From NCBI RefSeq assembly GCF_006345805.1, contig NW_021836289.1, positions 124,001 through 188,000 of the forward strand: a stretch of 64,000 nt of DNA, in the 5' to 3' direction. The translations under genes and the position numbers were made by a program. Shown here piece after piece: positions 50,480 to 63,406 of the stretch (its first letter is position 1; each line of letters opens with the position of its first letter). The notes below the pieces were generated by a model. The model did no database searches and was not told the origin of the DNA. It saw only the letters and a program-made list of their open reading frames with translations. The DNA is from Octopus sinensis. Lineage: Eukaryota.

Positions 50480-50700
50480 TCCCGCTGGGCTTTGGGACTA
50501 TTTAAGACTTGAACAAATCTGTCGGCCAGTAGAAAACCCCTGCCCAGCCATTTTGCTGAATTCCCTGAAGAAGATTTTATCATTGATTGTGCAGGAATGT
50601 ATCAAGGACAGAGTGAACAATTTTGTATCACAGCGGATTTAGAAAAGGACGTTCAACCGTTGACGTTCTGTGGGATCACCGATGGTAAAAAATTATCAGA
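50480..50700 (+). mobile_element. RTE-like RT relic
   Basis: ILLNSLKKILSLIVQECIKDRVNNFVS followed by shifted-frame SGFRKGRSTVDVLW. Confidence 0.55.
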
Positions 50701-51767
50701 ACAATTAATTTTACAGACAAATAATGGGAAAAATTTGAGAAAAAATGTGTGGAAACGATGTGTAATTACTTAAAAATCATACACATAACTGGATGCCGTA
50801 GAGCACCGTGATTCATGGTCAGGTAGAAAGGAAGGTTATTTGTAAATTTATCCTTAGATTCAATCAATCGTTAAAAAGTGGAGCGAAGTACTGAAGGCAC
50901 TCTTTGGAGAATTAAAAAAAGGATTGATAATCTTTTGAGGGCAAAATTAAAGTCGATATTGCTGAATCTTCTAATTGGTTATCGCATGGAAATAACTCTC
51001 CCAGGACCGAAGGGGTTCTGTGTCTAATACAGGACCATAAGCATTGTGAGTCACTGTTACTCAGCCACAAAACAGTTGATTACTTAGCGACAAAGTGTGG
51101 TCGAAGTATGGGATTAAGAAATCCAGAAAGTTGAAAACTAATTATGTTCAGTCAGTGGCTGCGAATAACTCCGACATTAAATACGGATACGAAGAGGAGG
51201 AGAGTCTACAGAGAGCAGATGCATTAATTAGACATTAATAATTACTTGTTAAAAAAGTGAATTGTTAATTAGTCAAATTGCGTAATCACCTCCCTATATG
51301 TGCTCAATAGCTTTCATTAAGCTTTCAACAGTTCTTCTCCTGCCATGGCTCTAACAGTTTATAGTGCCTTGATCTTCAGCTACCAAAGAAGCATAGCACT
51401 ATCCCTGACAATTCCCTAGGAGACTCCTCCTATGAGAGGCCGATGTTTCAATTGGTTTCAGGTAATCTTCTTAATAATGTTGGCTAAATTAGGCTGCCTT
51501 AAAAGGACTATAAATCACAGCCGTTTTAAACCTCTTCTAAGCCAGGGATAAAATTTGGGAACACACCTTGAAGTTCAAATATTTGTGTAGTCAAAATGCT
51601 GAATTGTAATTGAGTAATCAAGCATCAATTTGGAACTAAACCCTTTGAATGGTCATAGGTAATTTTTTAATTTTAGTGAATTTTACGTATTTTGTATTGA
51701 ATAATTTTAAAACAATTTTATTGATAAAATTTAAATAAAATATTGTTAATATTTATTTTGTTTCATC

Positions 51768-52942
51768 ATGACTTCGCTTCAGCAATTAAAGAATTATTCT
51801 GTGGTGGTGGCCGACACTGGGGATTTTAATTGTTTTGTCTATATCTAAAGACAATTTTAGCCATCGAAAAGTTCACTCCAAGGGATGCCACAACAAACCC
51901 TTCTTTAATCCTGCAGGCCGCCAAACTATACCCAGAATTGATAGACGAAGCAGTGAACTATGGACTCTGCAACTCACCGTTTTTCGAATACTGAACTAAT
52001 ATTAGCCTCCTCGAAGAACAAATTGAATATGCAGTGGATAGATTGGTCGTACTGTTTGGAACAAAAATCCTGAAAGTGATTCCGGGAGTCGTTTCAACGG
52101 AGATAGACGCCAGGCAATGCCTCATGTTCACCTTCCAGACTCTCATTCAATAAAACTGCCCAGGTTCAGAAGGCAATCCGTCTGATTCGACTCTACGAAG
52201 AACTGGGGGTTGGAAAGGACAGAATACTCATTAAAATTGCAGCTTCCTGGGAAGGAATAGAAGCCGCTAAGTGCATTTCTACCAATCGTTACTTTTCAGG
52301 ATTCTGGAGACCGAACACAATATCCGCTGCAACCTGACGCTTATTTTTTCATTTTATCAGGTTTTTAAACTTTTCTATTTTTGTTAGGCCTTGGCGTGTG
52401 CCCAGGCGCAAGTGACTTTGATTTCTCCATTTGTTGGCCGTATTTATGACTGGTGGAAAAAGGAGACGGGAATTGAGTACGGTCCTGGAGATGATCCTGG
52501 TTGACTAATTTGGGGATGTGTTAATAGGTGTATTCTCTGTCACTCGAATTTACAATTATTTTAAAAAATATGGTTATAAAACGAGTATTATGGGCGCTTC
52601 GTTCAGAAATATTGGACAAATTAAGGCACTGGCTGGTTGTGACTTGCTCACCATTTCGTATATAAAAATCTTATTTCTTAGTCCAAACTTGCTTGGACAA
52701 CTCGATTCCTCGAATGAGTCAGTTGAGGCAGTCTTGACTGTCGAAAATGGTGTGATTTTAGATTCTGATTATTAGCAATGGCTTCGGATGAGATACAAGT
52801 GTTTGTCGATGAGGCGGAATTTCGTTTCAGACTTAATGAAGACCAAATGGCAAATGAAAAGTTGTCGGAGGGCATCAGGAAGTTTGTTGCTGACTCTGAA
52901 AGTTTAAAGAAATTATTGAGAGAGAAAATAATCAGTCGTTAG
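51768..52942 (+). CDS. TALDO1: Transaldolase, nine exons, intact
   Basis: [30 protein letters not shown]|[56 protein letters not shown]|[12 protein letters not shown]. Eight introns of 24-29 nt. Confidence 0.95.
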
Positions 52943-53241
52943 TGAAAATAATTGTGAAACTAATCCATTGTTTGGTATTTAATCTTGATTTTTTGTTTAT
53001 TATATTTACAAGTGATTTATTCCGTCATACGAATAGATCACAATTTTGAATAATTTAAAATACACTTTTTAATAATTTTGAGAATGATTTAAAACAAATC
53101 ATTAATCTGGGTTGTAAATTATCAGAAAATAGCAGGATCTGGAAAACCTAGAATATTAAATAATAAAGATTTTAATAACAGTGTTTATTCTGTTTATCCT
53201 TCAAATCTTTTTAAAAGAAAAATCTTTCAATTAGTATACGT

Positions 53242-53680
53242 CAGCGGTTCTCAACCTTTTTTAGACTGGGGACCACTTTTGTACTATAAAATTTTGTGGG
53301 GACCACCTTAAATAAAATAAACATTTTTTGGTATTAGCGCACAATTTTTGGCCTCGTCAGGGCCAGGTTTAGACATTTTCGAATATTTATTATAAAAATA
53401 ACATGAACATTATGAAAATAACAGAAAATTTAATAGTAATTTAGTGAGATTTCTGATCTTGTTTGCTCAGAATAATTTTACTTATATCAGGCTCTATGTT
53501 CGACAAAGCTACTCGCATATCATCTTGTACCCGTAGTCTATTTCTATATTTTGTTTTTAGAAAAGTCAGACACGACATCGCCATTTCACAGTGATAAGTA
53601 GTGGGGAATGCAAGTATTGATTCCAATGCAGTTTTACTCAAAATGGGGAATTCTTTCGCCATCTGACACATAACAATAAA
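53242..53680 (-). mobile_element. Buster/Charlie hAT 3' end
   Basis: Terminus CAGCGGTTCTCAACC; C-terminus FPTTYHCEMAMSCLTFLKTKYRNRL..DMRVALSNIEPDI. Confidence 0.8.
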
Positions 53681-54329
53681 AAGTAATTATTGTCGTAAGT
53701 TATAATGTCTAGGCCCGTTCTAAGTGTCCGGAGTGATAAATCGGATTTATCACTCCAAATCATCTAAATTCTTTGTTTAAGATCTGAAATTCTTAATGAT
53801 TACTTTTGTTAATTCAATAATTTTTTAAATTATTAAAATTTGAAAAAAGTAACTCAGTTAACAAGAACGCGGAAATTAAATAAAGAAATTTTCATCAACC
53901 AGGTGATTGAGCGTCATAGTAACGAACATCAACTTCAGCTTGCTTTAGGTGATCTTATCTAGAAATTCTAAATGTAAGAAAAAGGTGGATGTCAATTTTA
54001 AAAGTTTAATAGAATTTCTCATTGATATTCAGGAAATAAATCTGATTTGAAAACCATGTTGGTTCTGTAAAAAAGTATTGTCAAGTATTCAATCAATTCT
54101 AATTATTCTTCAAGTATTATTTCAAGTGAACCTCAATTATTCTTTAAGAAATTAGTCTGGGCATGTTTTAGATGTGTAAAAAGCTTATTCGATAGTTACG
54201 TATTTAAGAATCTTATCACATCCCGTTGTGAAAACTTTCTGTCATTGATCTTGATCATTCATTCTTTATCCTCTATAACTATCCTTTGATGCAAAAAATC
54301 ATTTATATTTTCCCGCCTTTCTTTCTTCG

Positions 54330-56085
54330 GCATTGGAAAACTACTGAATCATCTGACGGTATTGGATTCCATGTTGGGAAGCAAACATATTCCCGATTTG
54401 TAAAATTTTTCACGTTTGCACGCGAACTTTACATAATTTGTACTCTTCCTGACTCATTGTCATCATCACTTGGTCGACTATCTCGATTTCCGTTTTTCAT
54501 AAGAACGTAGAGATATCCCTTTTAGAAAAACGCTTGACATCACCTTCCAACTAAAAATTACTTTCAAACATAGCCAACTTCATCATCACTGTTATTTTAT
54601 AGCCGCCATCTTTCTAATTATTACATCATCTCCCAAAAAACGTGTCCCCGGAGCAATCACCCCGTCTTCGTCCAACTTTTCATAAACGGCGTGTCTCATT
54701 CCGATTACTTCATTTCTATTTGGTCTTTTGAAACACCCTTCCCCATATGGAGGACGTCGTGTTTCCTGGTCACGATAACAACGATAAAATACTGCTCTGA
54801 GTCATTTACAAGACCAATAACCTAAATAGCCCCTGACCAATCTCGACTGATCCATTATTATGGAATCTTCTGATTGTAGCCTGTGTAGACATCTATAGTC
54901 ACGATTGTGTTAATTCCTGTAATTCACCAAAATTGACTAACCAGTCAGAAGTTCTCTAAACTTTAGAAACTCGGTGGCTCTAATCGTTGTGAGTAATTTT
55001 TGTGGATAATAAAGATAGAATGCTAACGAATCCATCCTGACGTGAAAGTTGGTGACGTACACTCCCATAGTCTGCTTCCCCATGGCAGCCTGGTTAGTGT
55101 TTCTAGAAGGCTAAAAGGGTAATGGAAAATGTAAAACACCTGGTTATGATCGGGAAAGGAAATGAGGAAGGCACACACTCCCAATGTCATGGACAGGTTT
55201 ATTTCGCAATGAGTGTAAGACGAACAGTGAAGAGGATACTTCGGATAAATCGTCAGGATGCATTGCAATCGTTGTCATCTGTTTTTCAATCGAGTCAATG
55301 TAGTCCAAAACTCCACCAGATACTAAATCCTTCTATCTGATGCTAGAAACAAAACAATCAACCCAAGTGAGTCGTATTGGCGCTTGAATCCCTCGAAATA
55401 GCGATTTTTTAGTAATAATTAATAGTTCTCCACAATAAGAAGCGGACGAAATGCACGACCGGCGTCACACGATATTTTGATCTCCCTGTCTTCAATGCCC
55501 TGTAATGTGGAAACCTACAATTCAACATGACTCCATACCTCCGAGACCACCACGTCTCCAGTCTGACGTCTCAATTTTTCGAGAATCACCATTAGTCGTT
55601 CAGGATCACGGTGAATACCCACCAAACACCTATTTACAAACACCTTTGTAGTGCTGAGGCTCAGTCAGAATTAACAGATCTTCCAACTATCGTCGGTGAT
55701 AATATCTCCTCTAAATTCTCCATCCGCCATTCTTTCAAAAACTCCAAGATTGGATAAGGCTGAGACCCCATTAAGATATAAGCCATGAGAGCCAAGTTCT
55801 TGATCAACTGCGGTTTCCTCGGGTGTCTTTGCCGGACACAGGTACTCCCATTGTCTGTTGTGGCGTTGACGAGGACGGGCCAGTTTTCAACCACGGCCGA
55901 TAGGGGAATTGAGACGTCGCAAATGTGAGAGAGTCGACATATATGTTAGTCTATTCAATACCTAAAAAAACTCAAAATATCCATTAAAACTGAGAAACAC
56001 CAGCACGGGCCATGTGGGCTTTTTTGATCACCCCATTTACCAGTCGCAAATGAATAACGGAGTCCGTCGGTGATTATTCTCGTTT
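54330..56085 (-). pseudogene. POLR2B: RNA polymerase II second-largest subunit, internal decayed fragment with introns
   Basis: [93 protein letters not shown] (normally GDKFASRHG). Multiple stops and frameshifts. Confidence 0.9.
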
Positions 56086-56965
56086 TATGGGAGTTTGCCA
56101 GTGATTAACTCGTAAAGGACTATTCCATATGCATACATGTCAGAAGAAAAAACGGTCCACTTTTTTCTCGCAAACGGATGATTTCCGGAGCCTAAACATG
56201 TCTCATAAAACATGCCATCCAAAAAACTAATCCAAAAAGTTTTGGTTTTTTGAAGAACTTGTATCAACAATTGTCTGAACACGTCTGCATAATCATTTTC
56301 AACAAAACTGTTAGATTTAAGATCACAATGAATGATTTGTTTAGAATGCAGATAAGCCATTCGTGGCGTTATGGGGTCCACCATGTCAGTTGGAAAATTC
56401 CAATCGGATATGGCAACGCTCAGGAGGCACTTAATGCCTACCGAAAAAGGACTTCTAGCTCTCAGACCCTGGGACATCGTCGTTTTAGGCCGATCATGCG
56501 GGCAGGATTGAACCTTTCAGAAGGATCTCCCTCGTTTGGATCGGCGATCACGGGAATAACTATAATTAACTGGCTTTGCCCGTGTTTGGTCTTTAATAAA
56601 TAAATAAATAATAAATAATGCAGATAAGCCATTCCTTCTGCGAGTTGACGAGCAATGTAAAGAATAGTAAACGGTTCGAAAATAAGTTCTTCAACGTGAA
56701 GACTTTTATAAAGAGAAGACCTTTCACACCACTCAGTCACAATCGCCATGTACGGGTCTGTAATACATCTCATGAAGAGCAGACTATGCTCATGCCCCAA
56801 TCTTCTAAAAAACGTCTTGTACTGCAAAACAGCGATCTCGTTTCGAAAAGAAGCCAAATGCTCGTTTGAAGGATTAGTTGCGTGGATTATCTTTACCGCT
56901 GCCTTTCCAAATAATCACATTTGTAGACAGTCCAAAACGACCCCTTCCCCACACACTCCCCGAAC
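56086..56965 (-). pseudogene. RAF: Raf-family kinase domain fragment, decayed
   Basis: GKGSF.TVYK, AVKII..LASFRNEIAVL, AIVTEWCERSSLYKSLHV, IARQLAEGMAYLH, IIHCDLKSN, SDMYAYGIVLYELITGKLP, then a stop. Confidence 0.88.
56363..56616 (+). mobile_element. 5'-truncated LINE 3' end with (TAAA)n tail and 18-bp TSD, inside the Raf fragment
   Basis: TSD AATGCAGATAAGCCATTC at 56345-56362 and 56617-56634; TAAA tail at ~56594-56616. Confidence 0.8.
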
Positions 56966-58069
56966 TGTAGACTTTTTGAATCAATCTCCCAATCAATCAC
57001 TTTGATGTCAGACTAGGAGATACAGGCATGAACACATGGGAAATTTTTTAATTCGATAATTGCGGCGATTTCTCACTGGGAACTAGACAAGTAGTCCTAC
57101 AGCTACCTTTTCTTAAAAAGATGATTCTTTATGATACAGGAGAATTACTTTTTCCAGATCATTGTGACAAATCCGGTAGTTATTATGTCTTTGAAAAAAG
57201 AAAGCAAAACTATCCAATCTTTTTTTGAACATTTTCAAAAAAAGTTTTTCATAGCACCAGCATCGTTTATTAAACATCCGATATTAGTTGGTTGATCGAG
57301 GGACCTGCTAAAGAGGGATTCTAAATAATTTTTTAAAAAAGTTAAACTAATCAGAGGCCATCAAATCGTCAGGTTTTGTTTTTCAGAAAACAATTTAAAA
57401 CTTCGTCTTCAGCAGCGAGAAAATCATGAATTTTTATCATCGATACAAACTTATGATGTACTTTGTCTTTTGGAAGCTTATTGTAGACAGTTAATAACCG
57501 GGTTCTTAACTTTTACAGTAATTATCCCAAGGAAATGTTTTTCAAAATCTAATTCAGACCAAACTGTTTGTTTTTGGAAAAAAACTGGGGGGAATTGTAA
57601 TATAATCGATTGATAATCAATATGTTGTACCGAGCGAGGGATGACACGAATTTTTTAGAAAAGCATGTAAAAACCTGCTTCCGCTCAAATTTGTTCCCAA
57701 GGTCTTACCAATACAATTCTAATAAATTCGCTTGATACATTGAAAATATTGTAATCCATTAACGATTTTTTAATTAATTTGAAGAGATTTATTAAACAAA
57801 ACAGTCAAAAACAGAATCTGAAATACATGGACTACCATTTTGTCCAAAAAGGAATAGTTTTGTGTTTGAGAAGTGTTATATTTTACAAAGAATCTTGCAT
57901 TATCCGTTTGGAAACATGTATCACTATTCAGACAGTCTGATGGAAGTAAAATTAAAGAGTTTTGTCAATTTAAAAAAGAATAGAAACTGAATTCGGATGG
58001 TCACTGAAAAACTGTGAGAAAGCCGGGGTCTCATTAAGAAACTCTTGATCGATAAGAACTATCGATATA

Positions 58070-58298
58070 CGTATTAACCGCTTTTTGACTGGACCCAAAT
58101 ATACTTATTAAGAGTCTCATTAAGAGCCATAAATAAATTTCACGATTTGAAAATAATTAATTTAGTTGTAAAATAAATTAAATTTATTTATTTGTAATTT
58201 AAAATACATTTTGTATCTTTAGTTGAACCACTAAATTTGCAGTAGAAATGGTTCACCACAAATTTAAACGTATTTACCGCTTTTTGACTGGACCCAAA
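58070..58298. repeat. 30-bp near-identical direct repeat pair, probably MITE-related
   Basis: CGTATT(A/T)ACCGCTTTTTGACTGGACCCAAA at 58070-58099 and 58269-58298. Confidence 0.6.
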
Positions 58299-58429
58299 CT
58301 GATTCACGTGTACAAAAAACCCGACTCGGTAATGAAATTCCTGATCTATTCCACAGGAAGATTACCACATGAATAAATTAGAACACATTTCGTCAGTATA
58401 CACGAATATTGTTTGTTTTATATATAACC

Positions 58430-60161
58430 ATGGCAGATCTCATTTGTTAATAAAATAGTATTATACTCTGCAGTCCCACTTGTCCTCCTTGGTTCTGATA
58501 AGCTAATGATACTTTATGTATACATAACTTTATTCCTGATCAAAAGAGTCCTCAGTTTGACAAATTGTTAATAAATTGTTGTGCCGATTTTTTAGTGCTG
58601 GGTCGATTCTACAATCCTGTGTATATGGCATTCTTTGACAAATATTGCCAAGTACTCGACCAAAAGTGCTCAAAAGTAAAATCCAATTTTAATGAAAAGA
58701 ACGTTTTGAAAGCATTTGACTACGATTTCCGATTCTGGCCTGTGGATTATGCTGCCCAATGTTCTGATTCTGCCATACTCAAACAGCTGCAGTCGGATTC
58801 TCTGGTCGATCATATTTTCGATCTTAAATATATCCTTACGTGGTTATTAATGCTCTTTGTGGGACGTCCTTTGGTCTATCCGGGGTCCACACATTTCACT
58901 AAGGACTATTTCGAGCCCATGTTGAACGACGGACGGTCATCGCTTGTAGAACTTGTACATTTTGACTTGATTACCAAAGTATGGGGGACGAAGAGCCAAA
59001 GTCAAGACCCTCACAGGCGCAGAAATCGACACAATGTTCTTGGACCGTCGGGACTGCCACGCTGGGCAGTTTCTTGTCATTTGCAGTGAGGGAAACTGCT
59101 CGTTTTACGAGTGTGGGTCAAATCAGAGCATAATATCACTGGGACATTCAGTCCTGGCCTGGAACCATCCGGGATTTGGGGCAAGTTCGGTATTTGGTTC
59201 AACTAGACGTACTTTAAGAGTCTTCCGTATGTCTATGAGGAGAATAACGCCGTTTATGCTGTCATTCTGTACGCCATTGAGGAATTGGGATTCAATACAA
59301 ACAAGATCATTTTGTATGGGTGGTCTATTGGGGGTTATTCGGCCGCATTTGGAGCTGCCCTCTTCCCCTCAGTGGATTCAGTGGTTGATTTTGTTCGACT
59401 TTAATCAGATTGTCGATGGGACTTTCCATTCCATTATTCCCGTTGCTAAAAATTCGATGGCAGATTTTTTCCGTAATGAGTACTCTCAGAATTTAGATTT
59501 TATGGTTGAGGCTGTCATGAAAGCTCATTTTGACCTGGACGTTGCTAAGCTTCTCAAAAGGTCGTGTGGTTTTGATCATTTCATGCAGATATAGTGGCCC
59601 TCTTCTTATCCTCAGACGAACTAACGACGAAATAGTCTCCCTTGTGTATAATAAGATTATTAAGTTTATAGCACAAATGATGTATCTACTAATTGTGGAA
59701 ATTGCCTTGCTATGTCTGTTCTACAACACAGGTTTTGGAACTATATTTAGATTTGTAAGATTTCCAGCTCTTTTTACTGAGGAAGTGATGGAGGAATGCA
59801 AAATTTGCATCGCTGTTCCAGCCGAGGCTAGAGGTTAGTTTTTAATTAATATTCTGTATAGTTAAGCGCTACTCAGGTCACAAAATAAATGAACTGGAAT
59901 CCCAAAATGTGTTGAATAAATATTTGGGGGAGACTGCGTGCTGTGAATCTGCCTTGTTTGGTCGGCTGTGTTATTCATATTGTAGGAACTGATTTAAATG
60001 ACGGCGAGAGATTGAAATTTGCTTTATTTTTGGTCGATAAAACGCTATGCGATGTTGTGGAAAGACACTCAGTGCCTCTTCCGTTAGAGTTCTTTGAAAG
60101 GCCGTGGAGACCTTATGGCTCGGAGTGCTTTGCTGGTTGTCACTACCATTATGTCGGATAA
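58430..60161 (+). CDS. ABHD16A: Phosphatidylserine lipase ABHD16A (BAT5), multi-exon
   Basis: GRFYNPVY, YDFRFWPVDY, LVICSEGNCSFYE, SVLAWNHPGFG, LYGWSIGGY, YSGPLLILRRTNDEI, FALFL..HSVPLP..PW. The start is tentative. Confidence 0.85.
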
Positions 60162-60759
60162 TTCTGGTTTCAAGGAATTTCGTTTTATTATTCCATATTT
60201 GATATCGGGGTTGGATGGATTAGTTGCGTTTTATACTCTGCTCGTTCGTGACTTTATTTGTGGAGATCCATGTCGCCATCTTCAAAAGAAGCGCTTGTCG
60301 ACGAAATCACTGATCTAACAGGCAATAGAAACGAGTGATTCAGGAAACAAGCATATTTTTTGATCTTCGTATCTTTGCCCTGTAGGAGACGTGTTCAGAA
60401 ATCACTACTGGAAATTGTAGGAAAGTAAGCGCGTAGGTGTTTACGTATGTGGCGCCTATTCAACCGATTGTCGGTCATCCCGGCATGGTCAATAATCAAA
60501 TTGTTCTGTTAGTTGTTTTAAATTTTTAATTATTTGACTGATAAAGACAAAATTATATTAATTTTAGTTTTATTTATCAGGTGAGATGAATTTTAAAAGA
60601 AGATATTAAAAACCTTCGAAAACTAATTTTATTTCAATTTGCAGAATATTAAAAAACTTTGAAAACTAAAATCTTTATAAATATTATTTTTATTTATTTT
60701 TATTTCAAATTTGGAAATGTATTAAAAAATTAACTATAACACCTTATACTATTTTCTAA

Positions 60760-61990
60760 CAGGTTCAATGTTCATTGTGATTAACCCAAATTCTGGTAAT
60801 AAAAAATCTTTAAAACGGTTTGAAAAAGTGATAGCTCCAATTTTAAAGAATAAAAACATCCCATACAATACATTTATTACAGGTATACCTTAATGCATCA
60901 ATATTATAGAATCAAGTCATCAAATAAAAAAATATTTTGAAAAAGAATTCGATTTTTCTTTATTAAACGTGATTGTCTTTGTCTCTGGGGATGGAACTAT
61001 GTTCCAGGTAAATAAAAAGTGCTTATTTATTTGGTAATTCATTCATTATTGGGTCGGGAGGACTTTAACTTATCAAAAAGCATTCGTTTCATCATTTTTC
61101 CTGGAGGAACCAACAACGGGTTGTATAAGAGCTTCTCAGTTCAAAAAAAGTGAACAAAGTTGTATTTAATTTAAGTTGTTCTCGAATGACTGAATATATA
61201 CATAGCTCTATATCTTCATACAAGTCGAATATACCCCAGGATGTAAATGCAGTGTTTGTTAAGCTGACTCGATGTGAGAAAACCGTCCGATCTCATATAA
61301 TAATCTCATTCGGAATACTCCCAGACATTGATTTTAAATCTGGAAATCCGCGAGCACTGACAACACGTTTGATGGCGACAAAACTAATCATATCCAGTAA
61401 TACTCCATAAATCATACAGATCCTTACAATAATGACAAATATACAATTTTTTACAAACCAAAGTATTCAAAAAAGCCCCTCAAACCATTTTTTCAAAAAT
61501 TGATTGTTACCGAACATTACACACTATATCCAGAGATTTCAGAACCGTTAACTGGTGAACGATATAAAACATTTTAGAAGCAAGAGAGAAGTTTGGTGGG
61601 GATATTCCAAATGAATGGGAAGTCATCGAAGGAAAATTTGCTTCAGTTACTGTTTCTGCACATCCATTTGTCGGGGAAACTTTGTGTCTATTTCCTGGGT
61701 TCAGTTCTTTCTCTGGAAATCCTTATTTAGTTTATTACTACTTTTTATTTAATTTAGTTTTTGTTAAAGCCTGGTTCATTCCGGAATAAATTCAAGTTCA
61801 TGATGCATGCCCTAAATCCCGATATTGAATCTTTAAATGACATTCAGGTTATAGAAATCGAATCTTTTGGAATTTTCCCTCCAGAAAGGCTAAAATCTAT
61901 GTCAGTTGATGGCGAACCTTTTGATTCTCAGCCTATTTGGGGTGATTCGTGCTCTATCAAAATGTACGTATAAGCGTATTTATTCCTTTC
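60760..61990 (+). CDS. SPHK: Sphingosine-kinase-like lipid kinase (DAGK catalytic domain)
   Basis: IVINPNSGNK, VSGDGTMFQ, FPGGTNNGL, ISFGILPDID, SVDGEP. Ends are uncertain. Confidence 0.7.
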
Positions 61991-62689
61991 TTTTTCATAA
62001 AAACATTTAACTTTTATTCATTAATACTAAATTGTAAAATTCCAGACAACACATTAACATTGCATTTCAAGTTAAGTCTGACAATAGCCCAATTAAACAT
62101 AGATCAGTAAAGTTCAATATAAGCATTATAATTATCGATGAATTAAATTTATACTTTAAAGCGAACTGTAAAAAATCATTACTTTTATAAAAAAGGATTC
62201 CCCAAACAATTTAAGGCGGACGGACTCCGAATGGGATGTCACAGGCTTCCTAGTCTTCTTCAGCCGCACGCCAATAAAAAGAATTTGAAAAGAAGAGATG
62301 CAACTCATTTCGGATTAATTAGAATAAATAGTTATTTGTTCTCTTTCTTTTGTTACAAATAAATGTGTGGCTGGCACAAACGGGACCTTAGTCAACATAA
62401 CGTTCTTTAGTATATATCGATCTTTTAAAAGTGCTGTAAATAATCAAGAATTGAAATTTAAATAAAGACGGCACTGTTTGCCTTTCACGAAGAAAATTGT
62501 GGTCAGAGAGCTTTTTTTTAATGTTCCGGTATTCCTCACCCGAAAGAGCATTAATAAATTTCAAAGCTGAAAAAATCCTAAAAATATGCTTTGATGACGT
62601 GGACTTGTTGCAAATTACCTTTAAGGCTTGGTGGAATTAGACTAGGTTTGCCACTTAAATAGGTCTTTCTGCTTTTCTCTCCCCACGTG

Positions 62690-63140
62690 CATGCTCTCAG
62701 ACATTCTGCTATTAACGAGACTATTTCGGCTGCGTTATAAGCTGCTGGATTCCCGATAGGACTGGAACCTGTTTGGCTTGACCTTGGAGACGGTCAACGC
62801 CCAGATGAAGTCACTGTTTTTCCGTTGAGTAATGCGAAATTTTTTGTGTAATAGGTCCATCGACACCTTTTTGAAGACGAATATAGTTGCCTTTGTAATC
62901 AGTCCAGGTTCAGCCGCTAAGAACGCCAAAAAATATAAAAATCTCAAAATATTCCGATCTGTCGGACAACATCATCTTTTCTCCAATTTCCGTAGAAACT
63001 TCCGGACCAATGAATAATAAACCGTTTGAACTCGTTGGAAAGATTGGGAAACTGATCCCAAAAAGACGAAGAGAGCCTCTAGAGAATAAATGTTTGTTTC
63101 GAAAAATCTACATAGCGATTCTGATAGCAACATTTTCTCT
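62690..63140 (+). mobile_element. Decayed CRE endonuclease fragment, same subfamily as 9612-10070
   Basis: Colinear DNA similarity (..AACGAGACTATTTCGGCTGCGTTA..GCTGGATTCCCGA..) with stops. Confidence 0.8.
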
Positions 63141-63406
63141 ATCGTTAATTTAAAGTAATTTTGAAAAAAGAAATAGTTGATGGGCAATTATCTAAAGATC
63201 GTTAATTTAAAATGGTGACAAATTATATTTCATTTCTGTTAATTAAATATTAGTTCTCTTCTAAATTGATCTAATATTTGTTTTATTATTTTATAAAAGT
63301 AATAGGTAAAATTTAATTTGATCATTTTACTCCTCATTAATTCTAGTATAAAATGTATAATAGTTTCCGTATTTTATGGTTAATATTCTGATTATTCGAA
63401 ATTAAG

